DNA of 36,119 nt. It comes from a virus. Lineage: Duplodnaviria > Caudoviricetes. The number at the start of each line of letters is the position of its first letter. Within the stretch, counting starts at the first letter, position 1. Shown piece by piece: positions 26,438-34,363 of this stretch. The stretch is from positions 1-36,119 of the IMG/VR virus record IMGVR_UViG_3300012931_000052. One strand, given 5' to 3'. Both the position numbers and the translations under genes were made by a program. The notes under the pieces are model-generated. The model was given only the letters and a program-made list of their open reading frames with translations. It ran no database searches and was not told where the DNA came from.

Positions 26438-27145
26438 GTGAATGTATTGTATAAATTCATTGGTAAGCCTGGCCAAGTATATGAATTAAAGTTTAATTAT
26501 AAATGCGAATTTAATGGCACCGATAATAAATGTAACTTAGAACAAGGCACTGAAGATATAATAAAAGGTAAATACAAAGAACGACCTTCTGAGAAACAAA
26601 TATCCCAAGCAAATAAACAATCCATTAGTATTTTTGATAAATCAAGTGAAGAGGAAATACAAGCAATAGATGATCTTACCGCAGAAAGCGATCCAATCAA
26701 TGAATATATATATTCAAATGATAAAGAAAGTGATTTTGATGAGCATCAAATAGAACGTATAAGAGAAAAAATTTTTCTTATAGATAACGTGATGAAAAAA
26801 GCAAAATTACCTTCTGATATGACTGTTTTCCGGGGTGTAAGTGAAAAAGAATTTAATATAATTTCTAAACAAGGAGATAAGGAATCATTTACGATGCGTG
26901 GCTACAAAAGCACCACAATTGACCAAGACGTTGCGGAAGCATTTAGTGAATCCGATACAAAAGGAAAGAATTTATTCTGTAAAATACATGCACCAAAAGG
27001 TTCAGAAGTTCTGGCAATAACACCTGAATGGAGTAGAAGTAGGGGTGAATCTGAGTTCCTTATAAATCGTGGTACTTCATATAAAATAAATAAAATAGAA
27101 GAAACCGATAGTGCCAGAATAATAGATATAACTATCTTAGGATAA
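26438..27145 (+). CDS. VIP2/Alt-like ADP-ribosyltransferase 2
   Basis: INEY, VFRG, YKSTT, APKG and ESEFLINRG (R-S-ExE) motifs; probable start TTG 26447. Confidence 0.88.
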   Translation: MNVLYKFIGKPGQVYELKFNYKCEFNGTDNKCNLEQGTEDIIKGKYKERPSEKQISQANKQSISIFDKSSEEEIQAIDDLTAESDPINEYIYSNDKESDFDEHQIERIREKIFLIDNVMKKAKLPSDMTVFRGVSEKEFNIISKQGDKESFTMRGYKSTTIDQDVAEAFSESDTKGKNLFCKIHAPKGSEVLAITPEWSRSRGESEFLINRGTSYKINKIEETDSARIIDITILG

Positions 27146-27158
27146 TTTGAGGTGACAC

Positions 27159-28466
27159 ATGCTTATAGGAGAAACACCCCTTGGCGAACTTCCAGGAATT
27201 GGAGACTCTTTCTCAGTAAATACCATATCTTACAGCATGGATCAGTGGACCATCTTTGTGGGTTCTGAACCAATTGAAGATCCACCTGGTGCAATTCGAT
27301 ATTCTCATAGCAGGCAGTCAGACACCTTACTCCTAAAGAGTGTAACCAAGTCCTGGGACATGGGCTATGCTATAGCAAACAGTTACAATTATAAAACCTT
27401 CAGAATGAATACCGGACTCAAGGACACTCTAAGAGCAATTGATATGTCCTTGACGTTGGCTCCGTGCTTTGAGTTAACGGTGCCATCTACAAGCGTTTTG
27501 AATGCCTTGGTTTGGTCATGGGCAGAAGCACTTGATAGTGTTTGGCGCCAAATGGATACAATGGCAACGGCCCTAAAAATAGACTCTGCAGAAGGAACCT
27601 ACTTAGATATTGCTTGGGGTCAAATCTACGACATGCCCAGGATTTATCAAGAAAGTGACACTGATTATAGAGATCGTCTAAAAACAAGAACATTGGTTCT
27701 AACCTCGTCAGGTACCAAAGCCAATTGTGAAACCATTATAGACAGTATTATTGGAGAAGTCTCAACTAATGTTGATCCAAGGTATCCTGCCAGTGTTGAC
27801 ATTACATTTGACACCGTTAGTGCTATGCGTTCTGCTTTTGCCAAAAAGACTGTCCTGGATAATCTTATCCCTCAGATGTTAGCGTCTGGTATCACTTACA
27901 ATATGTTCTTACCTTATCTTGACTATTACATGAACCTATATATGAAAGGTCCACTAACCCTACCCTATAACTTTTATTGTGCTATTACCCAGTGGGATAA
28001 TGATAAAACATTTGATTTCGATATAATAAATGTACTTCAGACAACCTTATCTTATGATTTTGATCTAGCCAACATGAAGCGAAAAACTATTCAACATGGC
28101 ATGTACAACTATATAAAGGATAGCAAGGAAAAGGCCATTCTTTGTGATGGTTTACTTAAAAAGACCGTCCTAAACCAACCTAATTTTGACATATTAAATA
28201 AAAAGCATAATATAGTCAAACAAATCATAATGGATCTATATGCTAGTAAAACTGACTTAGAAAAAACCGTTCAACTGGATTCCGTTCTAAAAGGAACCAA
28301 ACGGCGATTCTTACGCATGGAAAATAATCTTGTATTCCAGAACAGTCAGGCCTATACATTCGACATAGTGACTAGGTTGCTTGCTAAAAACTTGGACATA
28401 GATATATTGACTAAGAGAACTTTCCCAAAGAGACAAGGCATGACAATCAAATTGGTAGGTGCTTAG
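27159..28466 (+). CDS. Baseplate wedge-like protein with repeat extensions
   Basis: AEGTYLDIAWG...PR...ESDTDYRDRLK motif of myovirus wedge proteins; ~14-aa repeats at the C-terminus. Confidence 0.7.
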   Translation: MLIGETPLGELPGIGDSFSVNTISYSMDQWTIFVGSEPIEDPPGAIRYSHSRQSDTLLLKSVTKSWDMGYAIANSYNYKTFRMNTGLKDTLRAIDMSLTLAPCFELTVPSTSVLNALVWSWAEALDSVWRQMDTMATALKIDSAEGTYLDIAWGQIYDMPRIYQESDTDYRDRLKTRTLVLTSSGTKANCETIIDSIIGEVSTNVDPRYPASVDITFDTVSAMRSAFAKKTVLDNLIPQMLASGITYNMFLPYLDYYMNLYMKGPLTLPYNFYCAITQWDNDKTFDFDIINVLQTTLSYDFDLANMKRKTIQHGMYNYIKDSKEKAILCDGLLKKTVLNQPNFDILNKKHNIVKQIIMDLYASKTDLEKTVQLDSVLKGTKRRFLRMENNLVFQNSQAYTFDIVTRLLAKNLDIDILTKRTFPKRQGMTIKLVGA

Positions 28467-30161
28467 ATGAGGCCTGTTGTTCTATCAGTAATTGATGGTA
28501 AAAATTTTATTCTAGGGACATTTGATACAACCAGTTTTCAATCCTGGTGGAAGTCCAAGCCATTTCCTGGTGCCATAGACATCATTCAGAAACCTATTCA
28601 CGTCTATGGTCAATATCATGTCTGCATTGTTAAGATGCTCAATGGTACCTACTCAATTTACCGAACCAAAGACATGGGCAAAACCTGGGAATCCGTTTAC
28701 AATACATCAGATATTATTTATACTTTGACGACCATAGACTATGGCTGGATTGTGGGATCGACTTCTTCTGGTTGGATAGAGTCTCGCTTGGATTCGGGTT
28801 ATACTTGGTCAGAAATATCTTCATTTGCTCCTAATTGTAAGACCGTTATTAACATAGGAGATGATTATCTATTTGCTCATGATGGTACATCTATCTGGAA
28901 ATCCGAGGATTATGCGAGAACTTGGTCTAAAGTTTTAACAAAAACTTCTTGGTATTCGCAACCTCTTCACGAAGGTTGGTCCGGCTGGACGTTCTCATGG
29001 AATGGCGATGTTGAACCTGCTTTAGCCGGCATAAACGAAACCATTTTTGTCGGATTTGGCCCATACCTAATCATATCAGATGATCTCGGCAATACTTGGA
29101 CCACTCATCCATCGGGCTGGAACAATTCTGCTTTTAATATGCCTAACTGGGGTAATGCTAGTTTCAGTCCGCGAGCTAACAATAGAATCCTTCAGATAAT
29201 TGTTACAGAAGGTGCTGGATTACCAACAACAAACTCTGGTATAATGCTAAGGAATTTAGTGGGTTATAGCGTAAATTATATGTATTCCGGACCGATTGTT
29301 AGTTCGGGTTATAGTGCAGGCTGGCAATGGTCCACACAATTTTCGCAACCATTTAATAGTGCAAACGGTATGATCACATCATATGACGTGCAAAGACCAG
29401 GATCGCCTTTACCGGATCTTCTTGCTTCTTTCACTACATATGATTCTGAGAACAACCCAATTGTCATGTACTCCACTGATGGTGGATATACTTGGTACTC
29501 GGTAAACACTTCTACAGTAACCGTCTATGAAGGTGATCCAGCTCAAGAAATCATATCAGGATTAGGTCAACAAGTTTTTGATGAAGAATATTTCACGACT
29601 TATACATGGGTTGGTTCTGCTTGTCACAATTCCGGAAAATATATCGTGGAATATAATAAAACTGTACGCAATATTTCGCATGACATGGATTTCTTGGTAA
29701 GTGTCAGAAATACAAAAACAATACCATGTGATGTTGTTACGAAAATTATTAAAGACAAAACCTATTCATTTGATGTTTTGAACAAGAAAACAAATATCAA
29801 GACCTATTCATTTGATGTTCTGAATAAAAATACTTCCATTAATCAATGCCTCATAGGTGGATATTTACAAGATACATTCACTAAATCTTGTAATTATGAT
29901 GTAGTGAATGCTTTGCGTTTGGTTAAAGCACTTTCTCAGGACATTTTGTCCCAGAAAGAACTAATAAAATTTATAAATATGCGTATGAACTTAATGGGAC
30001 CTGCTGAAAAATCTTGCACTATGCAAATGAAACTAGTGGATAGTCACACGGATCAAATCATGAACTACGTGGAGCGGTATTCACCGCAGCTTCCCGATGT
30101 GAGATATCCAAATATTCCGTATAAGCCCGTGGACTATAATACCGACACGGTGGTGCTTTAA
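28467..30161 (+). CDS. BNR/Asp-box beta-propeller tail protein (candidate receptor binding)
   Basis: TKDMGKTW, LDSGYTW, SEDYARTW, SDDLGNTW and STDGGYTW repeats; C-terminal ~14-aa repeats. Confidence 0.75.
   Translation: MRPVVLSVIDGKNFILGTFDTTSFQSWWKSKPFPGAIDIIQKPIHVYGQYHVCIVKMLNGTYSIYRTKDMGKTWESVYNTSDIIYTLTTIDYGWIVGSTSSGWIESRLDSGYTWSEISSFAPNCKTVINIGDDYLFAHDGTSIWKSEDYARTWSKVLTKTSWYSQPLHEGWSGWTFSWNGDVEPALAGINETIFVGFGPYLIISDDLGNTWTTHPSGWNNSAFNMPNWGNASFSPRANNRILQIIVTEGAGLPTTNSGIMLRNLVGYSVNYMYSGPIVSSGYSAGWQWSTQFSQPFNSANGMITSYDVQRPGSPLPDLLASFTTYDSENNPIVMYSTDGGYTWYSVNTSTVTVYEGDPAQEIISGLGQQVFDEEYFTTYTWVGSACHNSGKYIVEYNKTVRNISHDMDFLVSVRNTKTIPCDVVTKIIKDKTYSFDVLNKKTNIKTYSFDVLNKNTSINQCLIGGYLQDTFTKSCNYDVVNALRLVKALSQDILSQKELIKFINMRMNLMGPAEKSCTMQMKLVDSHTDQIMNYVERYSPQLPDVRYPNIPYKPVDYNTDTVVL
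29760..29830 (+). repeat. 42-nt-period in-frame tandem duplication
   Basis: acctattcatttgatgtt at 29760 and 29802, encoding KTYSFDVLNK twice. Confidence 0.8.
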
Positions 30162-30884
30162 ATGCTTTCGGTTGGCCAAAGAGTCCGAATTCTGGCGGCT
30201 GTGCCTACTGATTTGGGTGGTTATACTGTCAAAAAACTTCGTCGTGACCGTCTTTTGAACGACGACAATACCTTCCCCTCGATGCGGATTGCGATAATTT
30301 CACAGGGCATAAGAGCACGTCCGTCCACAGGAGGTCCAATTCGCAAAAATTATGACGGTTATCAAGGCGACGCGCAAGAATGGCTAGGACACCATCAGAA
30401 AGCCACCATAAGTGTAACCGTCATGTGCGAAAGTGAGACACCAGGAACTGACCAAGACACCCCAGAAGTTCTTGATACCCTAATGTACGACCTAGAACAA
30501 GAAATTGAGATCTGGAGACTTGGTATTTATTGGCCTAACGACTATATGAAAGTAGTACCAGGAAGTTCCCGGGTGACTTACCTACCAAATTATATGGCCA
30601 AAGGCGCAGACGAGCATTGGATTTATCTTGCAAATCTTGATTTCCAAATTGAGTATGAATTCAGTGCCTTGGACCCCACCCCTAATATTCATGCCATTGA
30701 ATTTGATTGGGGAATACCGTTACCTGCCACTGACCATATCATCCTCACGGATGTTCATCCTCCTTGGTACGAAATGGATGTCAACATAAGAGGTTGGAAG
30801 TCAGACCTACTTATCGATATGGTTTTGCAAGGTGGTTATCAAGAAAAAAGTGCTAGTTTGGATGTTATTTTAGTAAATGAATAA
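30162..30884 (+). CDS. Putative tail/sheath terminator protein
   Basis: FPSMRI...ATISVTV...DFQIEY pattern; position upstream of the sheath gene. Confidence 0.5.
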   Translation: MLSVGQRVRILAAVPTDLGGYTVKKLRRDRLLNDDNTFPSMRIAIISQGIRARPSTGGPIRKNYDGYQGDAQEWLGHHQKATISVTVMCESETPGTDQDTPEVLDTLMYDLEQEIEIWRLGIYWPNDYMKVVPGSSRVTYLPNYMAKGADEHWIYLANLDFQIEYEFSALDPTPNIHAIEFDWGIPLPATDHIILTDVHPPWYEMDVNIRGWKSDLLIDMVLQGGYQEKSASLDVILVNE

Positions 30885-30896
30885 AAAAAATAATTT

Positions 30897-31079
30897 TTAT
30901 TTTGCCCAAGACGGCAATACACAAGGTTCTACTATAACATCTTTTAATTCCTTTTCTGTGATTTCTTGCCCGTTCCTGAGAAATGGTGTATAATTTCCAA
31001 GAATAATATTCTTTTCTTCTATTTTTAAAAAATATACACCACACATCAAGCCAGATCTTATTCTTTTGCATTCAGACAT
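30897..31079 (-). CDS. Small hypothetical protein in an antisense cassette
   Basis: 60 aa; preceded by the 46-nt promoter/RBS unit. Confidence 0.6.
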   Translation of the reverse strand: MSECKRIRSGLMCGVYFLKIEEKNIILGNYTPFLRNGQEITEKELKDVIVEPCVLPSWAK

Positions 31080-31084
31080 ACTGC

Positions 31085-31130
31085 TTCACCTCAAACTACT
31101 ATAGTACTTCTGAGAATATATACTTTTTGG
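31085..31130 (-). promoter_or_regulatory. 46-nt promoter/RBS unit, copy 3
   Basis: ttcacctcaaactactatagtacttctgagaatatatactttttgg on the + strand. Confidence 0.75.
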
Positions 31131-31139
31131 TCAAACCCA

Positions 31140-31175
31140 ATCGTAAAACACTCTCTTTTACCATCCAATATGATT
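31140..31175 (+). promoter_or_regulatory. Putative late promoter/activator site, copy 3
   Basis: ATCGTAAAACACtctcTTTTACCATCCAATATGATT. Confidence 0.7.
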
Positions 31176-31195
31176 AATTGTTTTGAAGGTTCCTT

Positions 31196-31366
31196 ATGAA
31201 AATAAAGAAAATTGAAAATGACGTTCAAGAAGATCCTATTCTCACCTCCACTATTCTTAAACTAACCATTTATGATGCATGGAGACAGAATAAAATTTCT
31301 AAGAAAGTTTACCTGGATTACCTAAAAGATGGCTATCCAAAAACTCAGATAATTGATATAAAATAA
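31196..31366 (+). CDS. Small 56-aa protein (absent from the ORF track)
   Basis: MKIKKIENDVQEDPILTSTILKLTIYDAWRQNKISKKVYLDYLKDGYPKTQIIDIK; AAGGT upstream. Confidence 0.55.
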   Translation: MKIKKIENDVQEDPILTSTILKLTIYDAWRQNKISKKVYLDYLKDGYPKTQIIDIK

Positions 31367-31414
31367 TTTGGTGATTAAATAAATGACAATTATAATTCCA
31401 AAAGGTGACTACTT

Positions 31415-33097
31415 ATGGTAGAGTACGGGTCTGCAAGTCAATTTGTTAGGCTCATAATTAAACTAGAGACAGTTGGACCTGTTCCTGTTATAGTGGGTAA
31501 AGGTACTGTCTTGGTAGTTGGTCGCTCGGTACGAGGACCCGTTGATGAAGCCGTTGCAATGACATCCAGCTCGAGTGCAGGTGACTACTTCTATTCCGGA
31601 GGTTTAAAGGACGCCGTTGAGTTAGTCTTTGCCCAAGGTGCTCCTGTTGTATATGCTGTTAGGGTTCTAGGCGGTTCACACGCAACTGCATCAGTTACCT
31701 TGGATGACGGTCTCTCTGTCCCAAATGATGTTGTGACCCTGAGTGCCGCTTCGCCAGGTATCTGGGGAAATGCAGTCACGGTCAAAGTCTTACAAGGCAG
31801 CATAAAAGCAACAGAAACCACGCCTTATGCAATACCCGGCGCGGGTAGTGTTGGACCTTATTACACTGACTATTGTAATATTTATCAAGATACATCCAAC
31901 AATTGGGTGAAGGTCGATGGTATAGCTAAGACGATTGTTTATACAAGTCCACCAAGTTCTACTCAGGTTTACGTCGACACTGTAAATGGTTCTCTGACTT
32001 TTGGTACATCTGTGCCTGCAACTTCCCTGATAACATATAGCCTGAAACACTACACCGTGAAAGTTATCATTAGCGACAATGAAACGACCTACACTTATGA
32101 TAATATTTCTAGTTTGGTTAAATTGGTTGCCCGAATTAACGGCACTGGTTTCGTGACCGCCACGCAAGTCACTGGCGAGACTCACTTACCTTACATTGAC
32201 GCCGCTGTTACTTATTCTCTAACTGGTGGCCTAGATGGTGATCCCATCGACACCGATGATTGGGAAACTGCTTTACGGGTTGGTTTTGATGCTGCTGCTG
32301 AATTAGTTGGTGCTCCTCAAACATGTGCCCTAACCGAATACGAAGTCGATGAAGGTACCCATGACCTAATCGCAGTTCTTGATGGTATCCTATCAGAATA
32401 TGCTAATAAGTTCCATCCGTGTCAAGGATTTATTGGAGTTGCTCCAAATCTAACTGCCGAGCAAGTCCTGGACATAGCAGCTGGCTATTCTAATAGATTA
32501 CTTACAATCGTCGCTAATCCTTGGGACAATTCTTCGACCTTGCAGAACATCGCGGTGGCTCGTGCCGGTAAGGAAGCCGCAGTAGCATTGGGAGAAAGTG
32601 CTGCTCTGCCACGCAATGCGATGAATGGTCTAAATGGGTTGCTGACTACCTTTAGCCAAACCGATGTCGATCTCCTGACCCAAGACACAGATGCCAGAGC
32701 CGATGCCATAATCAAGTCTAAGGGTATTCGACCTTATGTAGGAATTACGACAGATCAGACTTGGCAGTTCTTAAGGACCGTGGATAATCGTACAATCAAC
32801 TGGGTCATTGTTTGTTCTGATCAGATTGCCCAACAATATTTCCATGAGAAGAGGACAGTTGCTGTGATGTCTGCGATGAAAGCATCAATTGATTCTGTGT
32901 TGCAAGATCTATTACGTGATCAAAATATCCGAGCATATACCTTGGACGTTTACGCAGATGACACCGATACTGGTAAAGTCATTGTAAAGATCAGCATGGA
33001 AAACATAGGTCATATTGAACGCATTGATGAAACAATCGCAGTCGGTATCCTGGATGACAACGATACTGGAGTAATTACTACCGTCACAGATGAGTAA
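31415..33097 (+). CDS. Contractile tail sheath protein
   Basis: VGRSVRGPVDE, GAPVVYAVRV, AASPGIWGN, LTGGLDG motifs and a sheath-like C-terminus; 560 aa. Confidence 0.9.
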   Translation: MVEYGSASQFVRLIIKLETVGPVPVIVGKGTVLVVGRSVRGPVDEAVAMTSSSSAGDYFYSGGLKDAVELVFAQGAPVVYAVRVLGGSHATASVTLDDGLSVPNDVVTLSAASPGIWGNAVTVKVLQGSIKATETTPYAIPGAGSVGPYYTDYCNIYQDTSNNWVKVDGIAKTIVYTSPPSSTQVYVDTVNGSLTFGTSVPATSLITYSLKHYTVKVIISDNETTYTYDNISSLVKLVARINGTGFVTATQVTGETHLPYIDAAVTYSLTGGLDGDPIDTDDWETALRVGFDAAAELVGAPQTCALTEYEVDEGTHDLIAVLDGILSEYANKFHPCQGFIGVAPNLTAEQVLDIAAGYSNRLLTIVANPWDNSSTLQNIAVARAGKEAAVALGESAALPRNAMNGLNGLLTTFSQTDVDLLTQDTDARADAIIKSKGIRPYVGITTDQTWQFLRTVDNRTINWVIVCSDQIAQQYFHEKRTVAVMSAMKASIDSVLQDLLRDQNIRAYTLDVYADDTDTGKVIVKISMENIGHIERIDETIAVGILDDNDTGVITTVTDE

Positions 33098-33121
33098 TTA
33101 CTTTTTAGGAGACAATAATTT

Positions 33122-33640
33122 ATGACTGAATATACAATAGTAGCAGAATCTCCGGGAGATATAATTGTAACATTTACCTCATCTGCTGATGGTAATCCGT
33201 ATATCGTTCCTCTGAAGTCAATTTCTGCTCAGAAAAGTACAGATGTTTCAAGCGAATATGGTACTGGTAGCCACTTAAAGTACGCACATGTACAAGGTAA
33301 AATAGATTATCAAGGTGATTTTGAGATAGGTTCATGGTATGTATCTAGTGCAGAAAATCCAAATACCTGGATGGACCTAATTAAGGAACACCTTACTTGG
33401 AATGGCGTGCAAGGACTTTCTAGAGAATTTACTATAATCATAAATGATGCAGGTTCTGAAGCTGCTTATGCTAGATCACTGACAACAGCAGTGACACCAA
33501 GTACCGCTGTGACTGCAGATTCGGCGATAGTAAGATTTAATAGGTGCTTACTTAAGCAGGATTCCCTGAGTGTAGGCGAACCTGGCAGCACAGTGTCTAC
33601 TAAATACAGCTGGACTGCAATGTCACGCACTCCAGCATAA
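33122..33640 (+). CDS. Tail tube protein
   Basis: 172 aa directly after the sheath; YGTG...GKIDYQGDFE, FTIII and FNRC tube-like pattern. Confidence 0.8.
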   Translation: MTEYTIVAESPGDIIVTFTSSADGNPYIVPLKSISAQKSTDVSSEYGTGSHLKYAHVQGKIDYQGDFEIGSWYVSSAENPNTWMDLIKEHLTWNGVQGLSREFTIIINDAGSEAAYARSLTTAVTPSTAVTADSAIVRFNRCLLKQDSLSVGEPGSTVSTKYSWTAMSRTPA

Positions 33641-33713
33641 ATATTTTTTTTAAAATTTTATTTTTAAGTTTGTTAAAAAATAGTTAAAGTTCAAAGTAAG
33701 GAGTATATTACAC

Positions 33714-34145
33714 ATGATATCAAAAGAACTAATCCTAGAAGGTGCTAAATTTCGTAAGGAAGTTCCTGTGACTATTTACCAGGAATCAATCACGGTAAAA
33801 CCATTGACTGAGTTAGAAATTGCTAAAGTATTTAAAAAAGTTGAAGATGCTGGATTTGATACCACAGATCCAAAACTATCAGATAATTATTTGCTACAGT
33901 TGGAAGCCTGCCGTTTTGGCATCGTGGATCCAAAACTCCACGAAATTGCCAATCCAGAAGATCCAGTAGAAAGCCAGCAAGAAGTATATGAACTCATGGT
34001 CGGTAATGCCCTGTCCGAAATTGGCCGCGCTATAATTTCAATTTCAACAGTAGGCAGCGAGGAGCTATCAGATTTTTTCAAGAACCTGAAGGCCAAAAAC
34101 TCATGTGGCTCCACTATGCTGGATATAGAATCCCGGGCAGATTAG
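33714..34145 (+). CDS. Tail assembly chaperone (gpG-like)
   Basis: Between tube and tape measure genes; ITVKPLT and GIVDPKL motifs; slippery site near the 3' end. Confidence 0.75.
   Translation: MISKELILEGAKFRKEVPVTIYQESITVKPLTELEIAKVFKKVEDAGFDTTDPKLSDNYLLQLEACRFGIVDPKLHEIANPEDPVESQQEVYELMVGNALSEIGRAIISISTVGSEELSDFFKNLKAKNSCGSTMLDIESRAD
34073..34079 (+). other. -1 programmed ribosomal frameshift heptamer T TTT TTC
   Basis: In-frame X XXY YYZ site; the -1 frame reads FQEPEGQKLMWLHY and continues into 34103..34363. Confidence 0.8.
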
Positions 34146-34363
34146 ATAAACTTACCCGCCTTCAGACAGATTCCATCTGCAAGATGCAGGAACTCATTGA
34201 GTTGGCTAAGGCTGGCAAGTCTGCTAAGCGTAGAATGTCCCATAAGGAATTCGTAGCCTCGATGAAAGGTAAGCAAAACCAATCCCACTACGATAAGTGC
34301 AATGAAGAACAGAAAGATCGCTGGCTATCCATAGTGAACAAGAACAAGAAAGGTAAAGTTTAA
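34103..34363 (+). CDS. Frameshift extension of the chaperone (gpGT C-terminal part)
   Basis: -1 frame relative to the chaperone; no obvious RBS; ends in a TAATG overlap with the tape measure gene. Confidence 0.7.
   Translation: MWLHYAGYRIPGRLDKLTRLQTDSICKMQELIELAKAGKSAKRRMSHKEFVASMKGKQNQSHYDKCNEEQKDRWLSIVNKNKKGKV

Noticed and set aside
20522-30161. Diversity-generating retroelement or invertible fibre cassette
   Set aside because: No reverse transcriptase, invertase or adenine-variable repeat pair was seen in this window.
12986-31175. CRISPR array or att sites from the 36-nt and 46-nt repeats
   Set aside because: The copies are kilobases apart with no spacer periodicity, sit at gene starts, and no integrase or cas gene is present in the window.
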